The translations under genes were made by a program, and so were the position numbers. From Candidatus Atabeyarchaeum deiterrae (lineage in GTDB: Archaea > Asgardarchaeota > Atabeyarchaeia > Atabeyarchaeales > Atabeyarchaeaceae), in contig CP147780.1 of NCBI GenBank assembly GCA_037310415.1, positions 1,728,001 through 1,792,000 of the forward strand: a stretch of DNA of 64,000 nt. Direction: 5' to 3'. Below, one piece after another: positions 20,228 through 29,371 of this stretch. How positions within the stretch are numbered: the first letter of the stretch is position 1; the number at the start of each line of letters is the position of its first letter. Under the pieces are notes generated by a model. It was not told where the DNA came from. It was given only the letters and a program-made list of their open reading frames with translations, and ran no database searches.

Positions 20228-21304
20228 ATGAGTGCTGCATTTCTATTCATTCCCGACCTAGCAGAAGACCTTGGTGCAGACAACACCATGGTCGGGATTA
20301 TCGGCGCTGTCTATGCTCTGGCACTCTTCATCTCTTCATATATCTTCGGGAGAGCATCGGACATCCATGATAGAAGACTCATCATCAAAATAGGGCTTGC
20401 ACTCTCGGTGTTGACCTTTCTAATGCAAGCGCTCGCCGATCCATATTTCTTCGCTCCGCTTCTAAGCAACCCCACACTGCTCACACTTGTCCGATTCCTT
20501 GCAGGCTTCACAGCTGGAATCAGCCCGGCCGCACTTACGGCGTACGTTCATGACGCGAAGGGTAGAATGGGGAAGTTCTCTGCATATGGGTCACTCGGCT
20601 CAGGAATCGGAACACTGATAGCTGGCTTCATCGCAATATATTGGGGCATATTTATCGTAAGCTCTCTGTGTTTCCTCATGGCATTCCTAGTCTCATTATC
20701 AATGCCCTACCGTAAGTGCACACCGCTCAAGATCTCTTTCTTCCCAAAAACTCTAATGAAAAGGAATTGGTACGTTTACATATCGTTCTTTCTCAGGAAT
20801 CTTGGGGCTAACGCTATATGGGTTGTTTTTCCGCTTTTCATCATAAGCATCGGAGGCGACAAGTTCTGGATTGGAATCATCTACACAATCAACTGGTTTG
20901 GTCAATTCATCATCATGTCATTCCTTGACCGATTCAGGGGTAGAAGGCTGCTGGGCGCTGGTCTTCTTCTATCCACTGTTGCATTCATAGCATTCACCTT
21001 TGCTCAGCAATACTATGAGTTGATTCCCATGCAACTGCTGATTGCATCTGCCTGGTCATGCCTGTACGTCGGCGCGCTCGTCTATCTAATGGAGAATAAC
21101 ATCGAAAAAGCCACGTCAACGGGAGTCCTCAACTCAGCATCCAATCTATCAGTAGTTTTCGGAAGTCTGTTAGGAGGTATCGTCTCAGAGCTCTTTGGCT
21201 ACCCCGCAATAATGTATGTCGCAGCGATACTAACACTGCTTGGCTACGTCATCTTCAAGATTGGAGTTAGGAAAGTACTCACGCCTGGATCTCTCGCGAA
21301 GTAG
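20228..21304 (+). CDS. MFS transporter (true start probably upstream)
   Basis: GRASDIHDRR motif A, RFLAGF; about 12 TM. Confidence 0.9.
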   Translation: MSAAFLFIPDLAEDLGADNTMVGIIGAVYALALFISSYIFGRASDIHDRRLIIKIGLALSVLTFLMQALADPYFFAPLLSNPTLLTLVRFLAGFTAGISPAALTAYVHDAKGRMGKFSAYGSLGSGIGTLIAGFIAIYWGIFIVSSLCFLMAFLVSLSMPYRKCTPLKISFFPKTLMKRNWYVYISFFLRNLGANAIWVVFPLFIISIGGDKFWIGIIYTINWFGQFIIMSFLDRFRGRRLLGAGLLLSTVAFIAFTFAQQYYELIPMQLLIASAWSCLYVGALVYLMENNIEKATSTGVLNSASNLSVVFGSLLGGIVSELFGYPAIMYVAAILTLLGYVIFKIGVRKVLTPGSLAK

Positions 21305-21373
21305 GTTCTCGTTAGTAATATTAAGAGGGAACTCGAATAGTCAATTGGGCGCTAATGCGTCTCGGTGAGAATC

Positions 21374-21589
21374 ATGGGGTCAGCCACCAAACTGGGTAAA
21401 GAAATCTTACACTGCAAGGACTGTCCCAGATGGTACGGCGCTGAGGACGATGAGTCTGGTCCGTGCAGCATAAAACATGCCAGAGGAGACAAGAAGTACC
21501 TTACGCATGGACACCACGAGTGTGATGAACCTGAACAAATAGCATGGTTTGAGAAGAAAAAGAAGACAAGCAAGAGGAATACTCTTTAA
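21374..21589 (+). CDS. Small Cys/His Zn-binding protein
   Basis: CKDCPRW...GPC...HHECDE; GGTGA upstream of ATG. Confidence 0.65.
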   Translation: MGSATKLGKEILHCKDCPRWYGAEDDESGPCSIKHARGDKKYLTHGHHECDEPEQIAWFEKKKKTSKRNTL

Positions 21590-21720
21590 GCTTCGCCGCT
21601 ATATGTTAGTACGCAGTTCGACTGGGCTTCTCTTCTTGAAGTCATCCCGTCCAAGCCAAAGAGTCTTGTTGGAAGATCGATGTCTGCTTGTTTGCGATAA
21701 TGATCAAAGGAGCTACCTAG

Positions 21721-22620
21721 ATGTTGGAGTTCTCCATACGCCCGTTTACCCTCAACGACGTGGATTTCGCGGTTCGAGTGACGGGCAAAGAGCACTGGGG
21801 CTACACAAAAGAAGACTTCACGCTAGTGTTTCTAGCGGAGCTCGGAGAACAATTCATAGCCGAGGAGGACATAACAAAGCAAAAAATGGGAATGCTGTCA
21901 ACCTTCAAGTATGGAGGGAAACTCGCTTGGATCGGGAATGTAATAGTCCAGGAAGACTTTAGGGGAAAAGGAATAGGGACAGCTCTCTTGAAGCACGCTA
22001 TCAGACACCTCAAGAAAGAAGGAGTAAAGACGATAAGGCTGTACAGCTACCAAGAATCCGCGTCACTATACCAAAAACTCAGCTTCACTCGTGAAGGAGT
22101 CACCGGTCTATTCACAAAGAGAGGCTCGACGCAGTTCTCAAATGATGATGATGAAATAAATGAAGTCAAAGCTAGACTTTCGACCGCAGACAAAGTCGAC
22201 TTGGAACGACTAATAGATTTCGACGGAAAATGCTTTGGCGCCGATCGTCGAAGACTCCTGACATCAACAATTCACAGCGAGAATGCAAAGTGTTTCGTCA
22301 AAGTGAACGACAAAAGCAAGAAAAACATAGTCGGCTACATCATAGCTACCGAAGGAAAACGCGAGTTTAGCGTGGGTCCATGGGTCTGCGACCCGGGCCG
22401 CGTGGATGTTGCTGAAGCGCTCATCAGAGCAGTTATGGACCAAGCTGAGGGAAAGAAGATCACTGCAGCGACACCGTTGGAGAACGCTGAAAGCGTAGGA
22501 ATCTTGGAGAAACTCAAGTTTACGAGGACCATAGAGGTCCTCAGGTTGCGCAAAGAAAGGGACCTTTACAACGGAAAACCAGAGTGGATATTCGCTGCAG
22601 GAGGAGTGGAAAAGGGATAA
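21721..22620 (+). CDS. GNAT acetyltransferase, two-domain (YitH-like)
   Basis: V...FRGKGIG..LL, LYQKLSF, FGADR..LL, VGPW. Confidence 0.9.
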   Translation: MLEFSIRPFTLNDVDFAVRVTGKEHWGYTKEDFTLVFLAELGEQFIAEEDITKQKMGMLSTFKYGGKLAWIGNVIVQEDFRGKGIGTALLKHAIRHLKKEGVKTIRLYSYQESASLYQKLSFTREGVTGLFTKRGSTQFSNDDDEINEVKARLSTADKVDLERLIDFDGKCFGADRRRLLTSTIHSENAKCFVKVNDKSKKNIVGYIIATEGKREFSVGPWVCDPGRVDVAEALIRAVMDQAEGKKITAATPLENAESVGILEKLKFTRTIEVLRLRKERDLYNGKPEWIFAAGGVEKG

Positions 22621-22744
22621 ACGGACAAGGTAGACCTAGGGGGCCGGACACGGTTCAGAGTGGGGCCGTTTCTTGGATCGGAAATAAAAGCAAATTCATG
22701 TGGCGTGGATAGACGAGCACGGAACCAAGCTTGAGGGATATCGA

Positions 22745-23695
22745 ATGGACATCGTCTCACTTGGCGAAGCCATGGTTGAGTTCTTTTGTGATGGGCTGAT
22801 TTCCAAAGCAAAGGTCTTTCAGAAATCGATAGGTGGTGACACATCTAACACGATTATTGCAGCCGCCAGGCTCGGAAGCAAATGCGGCTATATCACAAAG
22901 GTAGGAGAAGACCCATTCACGGAGTACCTGATGAGAAAATGGAAATCAGAAATGATTGATGTATCAAGCATCATACGTATGGCAAATGGATTCAACGGGA
23001 TCTACTTCATTTCCCTCCTACCAGAGGGGCAGAGAGAATTCACATACTACCGGACAGGAAGCGCCGCATCTACCATCACACCACAGGACTTGAAACAGGA
23101 TTATATAGGTTCGGCAAGAATCCTTCATACCAGCGGAATCAGCCAAGCCATATCCAAAACGTCATTGGACACTGTTCAGGAAGCCATCCACATCGCCAAG
23201 AAGAATGGCGTCAAGGTGTCATTCGACCCCAACTACAGAGCCAAACTCTGGACCAAGGAGAGAGCACTGAAGACATACGAGGAGATCCTACCTTATGTGG
23301 ACATTGCTCTTCCAGATGAATCCTACGGTGACCTCATCCATCAAACCAACCCAAGGGAGATCATCAAGTACTTCTCAAGGTTTAAGATCCCAGTTATCGC
23401 ACTGAAACTGGGATCGAAGGGTATGTTGTTGAAGACACTGAACGAAGAAGTCAGATCCTTTGGAATACTTGAAGTTAATGTGAACGACACGACCGGTGCT
23501 GGAGACGCCTTCAATGGAGGATTTCTGCATGGCGTATGCGAAGGCTATTCAACAGATGACTCCGCGCTCCTTGGGACGATAACTGCGGGTTTGAAAGCGA
23601 AAGGGCGGGGTGCAGTCGAGTCACTTCCACCGAGGAAGGACGTATACGAACTTCTAAAGGCAATAAAAAAAGGAGAGAAACATTTAACGCCTTAG
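22745..23695 (+). CDS. PfkB sugar kinase (KDG kinase-like)
   Basis: LGEAMV, GGDTSN, SFDPNYR..LW, DTTGAGDAF. Confidence 0.92.
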   Translation: MDIVSLGEAMVEFFCDGLISKAKVFQKSIGGDTSNTIIAAARLGSKCGYITKVGEDPFTEYLMRKWKSEMIDVSSIIRMANGFNGIYFISLLPEGQREFTYYRTGSAASTITPQDLKQDYIGSARILHTSGISQAISKTSLDTVQEAIHIAKKNGVKVSFDPNYRAKLWTKERALKTYEEILPYVDIALPDESYGDLIHQTNPREIIKYFSRFKIPVIALKLGSKGMLLKTLNEEVRSFGILEVNVNDTTGAGDAFNGGFLHGVCEGYSTDDSALLGTITAGLKAKGRGAVESLPPRKDVYELLKAIKKGEKHLTP

Positions 23696-23824
23696 AAGTA
23701 GAGACTCGGGAAGTTCTGAAATCATCGATATCAGTGATTAGAATCGATTACACCATCTGTAAACATTTATAAGCTAGTATTTTAATACTAATAGACAACA
23801 TAACTCAATTAAGGTGAAAATGAG

Positions 23825-24517
23825 TTGAGTCTTGCAATTCCACAAGTGAATATGAGTCCGAAAGGCGAACTAATACCAAATCCTGGCGAAAACGTAGTGC
23901 AGAATTATCACGACGTCCACTACGAGAAAAATGAAGGAGAAATCTACGTTACCGACGTTCGCCTTGTGTGGATTGGATTGAAACACAAGGGCGGCATGCT
24001 CGGAAAACTAGCCCGAGCTGCAGTAGTAGTAGGAGCAATCGCTGCAGGCGCAGCTGTCGGCTCTAGAGCTGGTAGGGCGATCGGAGCACCCGGCGTAGGA
24101 GGATTAGCAGGAGGAATTGGAGGTCTAACGCTAGCGACAATGATGACAAAGCATCCAGATGGCACTCCAACAACAATATCTGTACCCTACGAAGTTGTTA
24201 CAGACATCCAGGTTGCAAAGAACAAACAGGACCTGACAATGTCGACACAAGTAGGATCATTCCTATTCAGATTTGACAAAGGTGGAGCAGAAACAGTTGC
24301 TACCGTAGCTAAAGCACAGAAACTGGCAGCGCAGAAAAGACCAGCACCGCCGCCACCAATGCCTCAGTATCAACAACCGCAATATCAGCAGCCGCAATAC
24401 GCCCCTCAGCCACCACCGCGAGCTGGCGGAGCCTTCTACTGTCCTCACTGCGGAACGCCACAAGAACCTGGCGCAAGATTCTGCCACAACTGTGGGGCAA
24501 GGGTTGACGCCTACTAG
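23825..24517 (+). CDS. GRAM/PH-like domain protein with glycine-zipper insert, Pro/Gln/Tyr-rich linker and C-terminal Zn ribbon
   Basis: GE..V...GEIYVTDVRLVW...ISVPY...F.FDKGGA; PQYQQ repeats; CPHCG...ARFCHNCG; AGGTGA upstream. Confidence 0.75.
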   Translation: MSLAIPQVNMSPKGELIPNPGENVVQNYHDVHYEKNEGEIYVTDVRLVWIGLKHKGGMLGKLARAAVVVGAIAAGAAVGSRAGRAIGAPGVGGLAGGIGGLTLATMMTKHPDGTPTTISVPYEVVTDIQVAKNKQDLTMSTQVGSFLFRFDKGGAETVATVAKAQKLAAQKRPAPPPPMPQYQQPQYQQPQYAPQPPPRAGGAFYCPHCGTPQEPGARFCHNCGARVDAY

Positions 24518-24573
24518 AAAAGCGCGCAGACCGCAACTCTCACGCTGCAGGATGCGCCCTTGAATCCAATCCC

Positions 24574-24605
24574 TATTTCTTTCTTTCTTGTCTTGTTTCT
24601 TCTCT
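24574..24605 (+). terminator. Pyrimidine/T-rich tract, likely archaeal terminator
   Basis: TATTTCTTTCTTTCTTGTCTTGTTTCTTCTCT about 60 nt after the stop at 24517. Confidence 0.45.
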
Positions 24606-24766
24606 GTTAGCTGGTTTCCGCGAAGCTGTTCGTGGATTTCCCTGAACCTCTTTCTCCTAGGATAGCATCCTCAATAGTCTGTCAGTTTGGCAGCATTGAT
24701 GGCTTTCTCAATCTCTGGGAAGATCTGCCTTTTGCGCATCACATTCTTTCGCGACATGTCGGCGAC

Positions 24767-24973
24767 TCAGTCACAACAAAAACCACCGTTGAAGCACCGC
24801 CCTCTACAAGGCGGAAAATGTATTGTGAACTCGTCTAGAGCGCATTTCGAGTAGAGCGACTCATTGTAAAAAGGGCAGTCCTCGGAGGCTGAGGAATACT
24901 CCGAAAGGAGGGCCTTAACACGTTCTTCTATTAGAAGAGGATTTCGGAAATGGTTCAGTGTTTCGTCAACCAT
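24767..24973 (-). CDS. Possible small Cys-rich protein
   Basis: 68 aa, CPFY...C...CRGRC...CC; GGAGG 11 nt before ATG. Confidence 0.35.
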   Translation of the reverse strand: MVDETLNHFRNPLLIEERVKALLSEYSSASEDCPFYNESLYSKCALDEFTIHFPPCRGRCFNGGFCCD

Positions 24974-25245
24974 TAGGGTGGGTGCCTCCAGCCTCCGAAG
25001 AGAGCCATAGAGATCTATTGGATAGAGTGGTAAGAAGGGCTAGGGGGACATCCGTAAAAGTGAATGATGGAAGAGGTCACGAAGGTTTCAACTGGAAGAA
25101 TCAAGGATATGTTTTGCAGGGTCTTAACTTGAGGGCCAGTTGTATTTGCCCCCCAATGTTGGAAGAGGCGTGGCAATGCCGTACTCCAGCAGGAAAGAGA
25201 GCAAAAAGGAGAACTGGCAAGTGCGGTTTCAGGTTGACCCTATCC

Positions 25246-26286
25246 TTAGCCTGAGCCCATTGCCTCGCTGAGCTTAACCTTCCAGCCCATCACTTTCTCA
25301 ATCAGGCTCTGTTTCTCGTTTCTGTCGAGAGATCTGCCTGGATATCTATTCAAGTCCCGAGCTACTTGCGCAAGGTCGTATATTGCGCCGAATTTGCGGG
25401 TCATGCCCATGATCCTGTCGCGAACATCTAAGATGGCCTTCGCTGCTGTTCCAGCATTCATATTCATCGCTTCTTCGATCGGACCGAATATCTCGTCCAC
25501 TGAACTGGAGACCGCTCGCGGAGCGCCATACATCGGTGGTGGTCTACTAGGCGCCTGAGATAGTGAGGGTGTCATGGATGGTGGCGGACCGCCTGAAGTC
25601 GGAATAGCCCTTCGATCCGCAGAAAGTGACGGTGGTGTTGCTGCAGGAACAGCTGGCTGCTCTGGTGCTGTTTCTCTGGCAGCAGAAACTTTTGTTCCTT
25701 GGAGAGTTTGAAGTGCAGTTCTTGAGGCTTTTTCGAGACCCCTCACTGCTTCCAATGCTTGTAAGCCTGTTTCCTTCAGAGTGATCATCTGAGCGTTAAC
25801 CTCTCCAAGGTTTAGGCTCTCCACTATTCTCCTTGAGACTTCGCTGGCCTCAGCTGGCTGCAGAGAAGGCGTCTTGGCTGCCTGTAAGCTCTCGTTAATG
25901 GTTCTGACTGCCCCGAGTGCCTTTTCACTTTCGGTTCTGATCGCAACTACCTGCTTAGTGGCTTCTCCTATGTCCGGAGCCTTGAAGGATTGCAGTCCCT
26001 CCAAGGTTTGCTTCGATGATTCCTCAAGGAGCTTCAAAGCTTCAAGGGATCTCTGTGTACTCTCTCTGAACAGAGTCAGATGTTCAGCTACCTCTTCTAG
26101 TTTGATAACAGTATTGGTCAGCGGTGCGACCATGTTGTCGACCTGTGCTAGCAACTTGTTGACACGCAAGCCGACGTCGTCGGTCAACGCCTTGAGAAAA
26201 GTGATAATCTGATCAACTTCCTTGATCAAATCATTTGTCTTCATGCCAACTTTCTTCTCAATCTCTGTTTCTTCAGTTTCTCCCAA
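25246..26286 (-). CDS. Coiled-coil protein with Pro-rich linker and C-terminal helical bundle
   Basis: Long heptad-rich N-terminus, PPP-rich linker, about 80 aa amphipathic helical C-domain ending ..GWKVKL; TTG start after GAGGTG. Confidence 0.8.
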   Translation of the reverse strand: MGETEETEIEKKVGMKTNDLIKEVDQIITFLKALTDDVGLRVNKLLAQVDNMVAPLTNTVIKLEEVAEHLTLFRESTQRSLEALKLLEESSKQTLEGLQSFKAPDIGEATKQVVAIRTESEKALGAVRTINESLQAAKTPSLQPAEASEVSRRIVESLNLGEVNAQMITLKETGLQALEAVRGLEKASRTALQTLQGTKVSAARETAPEQPAVPAATPPSLSADRRAIPTSGGPPPSMTPSLSQAPSRPPPMYGAPRAVSSSVDEIFGPIEEAMNMNAGTAAKAILDVRDRIMGMTRKFGAIYDLAQVARDLNRYPGRSLDRNEKQSLIEKVMGWKVKLSEAMGSG

Positions 26287-26522
26287 TTCTAGAAAGCACC
26301 TCTCTAGCTTGACCCCTTCCTCAAACATCCTCAGGGAACTCTGAGAATGCCAGGTGGTCTCTGTTTCGAGACATTTCACACAGATGTAATTAGCTTCTCT
26401 GTATTATAATACCTTTGCGATTGAGTGCCGACATCAGAGACTAATGCCAACAGAATCTCAACGCTGATCTAAAAGAGCGTCGAAGCAAATCCGTGTTGGC
26501 AAATACAGTTTCGGTGCGCTGC

Positions 26523-26798
26523 TTATAGTTCAGCTTCCATTGTTCTCTTTAACAGCCTCATGACATCGAGGGAACCAGTCTTTTCATAGAACTCCTTCAT
26601 GCGTGCAATGCAGAACTCGACTCCATGTGACCTATTGCCGAAGGTTACCTTCTGAACCATGGAGTCGACCCAATCAAGTAAGTTCTTGTCGATAGACAGA
26701 GTAGTAGCAGCTTTGCTTCCTGTTGCTTTTCCGTTTGGTTTCCCGCTCAACGTGACGGTAACTTCAGGAACCTTCGGAAGCTTGGGTCTTCGTCCCAT
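26523..26798 (-). CDS. Ribbon-helix-helix (CopG/Arc-like) DNA-binding protein
   Basis: TTLSIDKNLLDWVDSMV...NRSHGVEFCI fits the beta-alpha-alpha RHH pattern. Confidence 0.75.
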   Translation of the reverse strand: MGRRPKLPKVPEVTVTLSGKPNGKATGSKAATTLSIDKNLLDWVDSMVQKVTFGNRSHGVEFCIARMKEFYEKTGSLDVMRLLKRTMEAEL

Positions 26799-27175
26799 AA
26801 CCAATCACACACCCCACACATCAAACACGCATTACTATACTGTTTTCTGTTGGGCAATTCATTGGACAGGTACCTACATCGAGGTCAGTTACACCTATTC
26901 CCCATGGGCCCCACGGATTCGGTCAAAATGAAATAATGAAACCCGCCATATATAAGATTTCGGCTATGCAGCAGAAGCTTCGACGAGAGGCTAGTGCCAG
27001 AAGGAGAATCCCAGCAGACCTCAGATGGGCGTGTCTTCATGGCAAGTTTTTTTCAAGAGGCAGATATCCTGTCTGCAACGCTGAAAAACACTTAAATACA
27101 TAGTGCTCGATAAATCAAACTTCATACTCATTTACGGCTCAAAATCCCTCGAGAGTTTTGGGCAGGTGAGTTTGT

Positions 27176-29158
27176 TTGAATAGTCAAAAACATGGGAAAA
27201 TGAGGGGAACTAATAAGACGCCAACAAAAGTGAATCTATTGGCAGTAGCACTAATCACCACGTGCATCATTGTGTCGACCTCCCTAATAGGTCTGACGAC
27301 CACCAGAGCAACCGTAGGCGGAGTCGACAACGAGGATCTCCCTATTGGAAACATGAGACAAGTTCCGTTGGACATCAAAATCGTTTTCATCGGAATAAAA
27401 CAGCAATATATCAACATCACAGACGGGTACTTCAATTGGACACTGCCGCCTTACCACATCCAGAGAGAAACATGGTATGGAACCAACTGGGGGGTAAACT
27501 ACACTTTCAACTACAGCTACAGTCTTAACCAGACATTCGACGATGACTTCTTCAACTACATTCACTTCGGGGCAGGAGTCAGGAAAGATGTCCTTGGCCT
27601 AACCAACCCCTATAACGGACTAGGCGGGACGTACCGCTTCTACAACGCGAACAAGGTGGACGACTGGCTTTACAGCAACCCTCAGGGCTACGGCGGGATC
27701 CCCACAAAGGGATACGCACTTTTCCTAATCAACGTGACATACAGGGACTCATACATCCCTTCAGTCAGACAACACTACTACAATCTGACTTACAGCGACA
27801 TAGACTCAACTGGGATCGTAACGGGAGACTGGTATGGTCAGTGGATGACAGGATGGGGAGGACATCATCGGCTTTACTATATTGACTTATCAGCAGGTGT
27901 AAGCGCGGCATCGGTGGCGGCATTCGGCCCCGCTCAACGGTGGTGGAACCGCTACTTCCCGCCTCTATGGAATCTCAATATCAACTTGGGAACGGAGAAC
28001 GGCATCAATTTCTTCAACAAGTACTTATCCGACTTCGTCTTCGGGGCAGTCTACGATTGCTTCACACCAGACTTCCTCTATGCGCCAAGGATAGCGCCGA
28101 CGCCGAACATGCACTACAACATAACGATAGTCATCTTTGACAACTGCACAGACTATGCGAATAAGACACTTGAAGGAGCACTCCCACCCTATGGTCCGGA
28201 TTTTGCCATAAACCAGTCAGCGATTTTGAAGGCTTTCAGAAGTTTGGTGCCTTATGCGACATGGACACTGAACCTCACTCACGTTCACCAAGTAGGACCT
28301 GGACCTGGTCCCTATGGCACTCTGTGGCAAGTAATCAGGAGCGCTGAGAGGACAACTGATGCATTTGGGAACCCAGTGCAATATGTCGACAGAGATATAC
28401 TCTACCATCACTTACAGGCACATCTCGCAGACTTCGGTCTCAGGCAATCGGCAGGGCAGCTTCTAATACCCGTCTTCGTGTTCGCCTTCAAAGGCACATT
28501 CAACTTGGGGTACCAATATGAGGGATACGAGTACGATAACTACTGGGGATTTGGATACCCAGACGTTGTTCTTGTAAGCCACTCACTCTATGACCTAACA
28601 GGTATACCTCCACCGCCGCCTCCAGTGCTATTCCCGGCGGTTCCTCAAGGCTTCACACAGACGATAATACACGAGACTGGTCACGCTGTTGGTTTGATTC
28701 ACCCATTCTGGTGGGACTACGACGAGGACTATGTATCATCAGCTATGGCTTACTACCCGTACGAGTACGGGTTTAGCCAGTTCGACAAAGACGCCATACA
28801 AAGGGGGCACGCAGACTACTACATAATCCGGGCTCTATCCATGATGGAGAACGCGACAGTGCTCAAAACCACAAGACAAATGACCGCAGCACTCCTCAAG
28901 CTATACAACCAAGCAACTGGAAACCTGACCACGGCCAACACGGATTATGCAAGCATGAACTACTATCCTGCGATGACCAATGGAAGTACGGCTCTCAGCC
29001 TATTCGCGCAGTTTGTACTTGGAGCAAGTGGGCAACCTCTGCTCACCACCTCAGCAGCACCCCCTGATATTATGGTTCCGGTAATTGCTTCAGTTATAGT
29101 GGGGATCGTAGTAGGTGTAGCTATAGGGCAATTCATGGGAAGAAAACGAAAGAAATAG
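27176..29158 (+). CDS. Secreted, C-terminally membrane-anchored metzincin zinc metalloprotease
   Basis: Signal peptide, HETGHAVGLIH (HExxHxxGxxH), Met-turn SAMAY, many NxT/S sequons, C-terminal TM plus RKRKK. Confidence 0.85.
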   Translation: MNSQKHGKMRGTNKTPTKVNLLAVALITTCIIVSTSLIGLTTTRATVGGVDNEDLPIGNMRQVPLDIKIVFIGIKQQYINITDGYFNWTLPPYHIQRETWYGTNWGVNYTFNYSYSLNQTFDDDFFNYIHFGAGVRKDVLGLTNPYNGLGGTYRFYNANKVDDWLYSNPQGYGGIPTKGYALFLINVTYRDSYIPSVRQHYYNLTYSDIDSTGIVTGDWYGQWMTGWGGHHRLYYIDLSAGVSAASVAAFGPAQRWWNRYFPPLWNLNINLGTENGINFFNKYLSDFVFGAVYDCFTPDFLYAPRIAPTPNMHYNITIVIFDNCTDYANKTLEGALPPYGPDFAINQSAILKAFRSLVPYATWTLNLTHVHQVGPGPGPYGTLWQVIRSAERTTDAFGNPVQYVDRDILYHHLQAHLADFGLRQSAGQLLIPVFVFAFKGTFNLGYQYEGYEYDNYWGFGYPDVVLVSHSLYDLTGIPPPPPPVLFPAVPQGFTQTIIHETGHAVGLIHPFWWDYDEDYVSSAMAYYPYEYGFSQFDKDAIQRGHADYYIIRALSMMENATVLKTTRQMTAALLKLYNQATGNLTTANTDYASMNYYPAMTNGSTALSLFAQFVLGASGQPLLTTSAAPPDIMVPVIASVIVGIVVGVAIGQFMGRKRKK

Positions 29159-29371
29159 AAAACCCCTTGAAAAGAAAGGCATAGCACACAAGTAACCCTC
29201 ATGAAGAATACTGAAAGCGAATCCGCAACCTTTCACCTCTTTTTTTATTGTTACACTTCTTCTCGTAGAGTTGGTCTCCAGCATCTGCGAAATCTTAAAT
29301 AGAAAGACCATATATCCATGTCAAAGAGGTTTGGCTTAGCCTCTCTCAGAATAGGTATGATATTCTGAAGG

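Noticed and set aside
24520-24760. Minus-strand short ORF with TGA followed by an open frame (Y*GC), possible selenoprotein
   Set aside because: No recognisable selenoprotein family or SECIS; the open frame is explained by the antisense of a T-rich terminator tract
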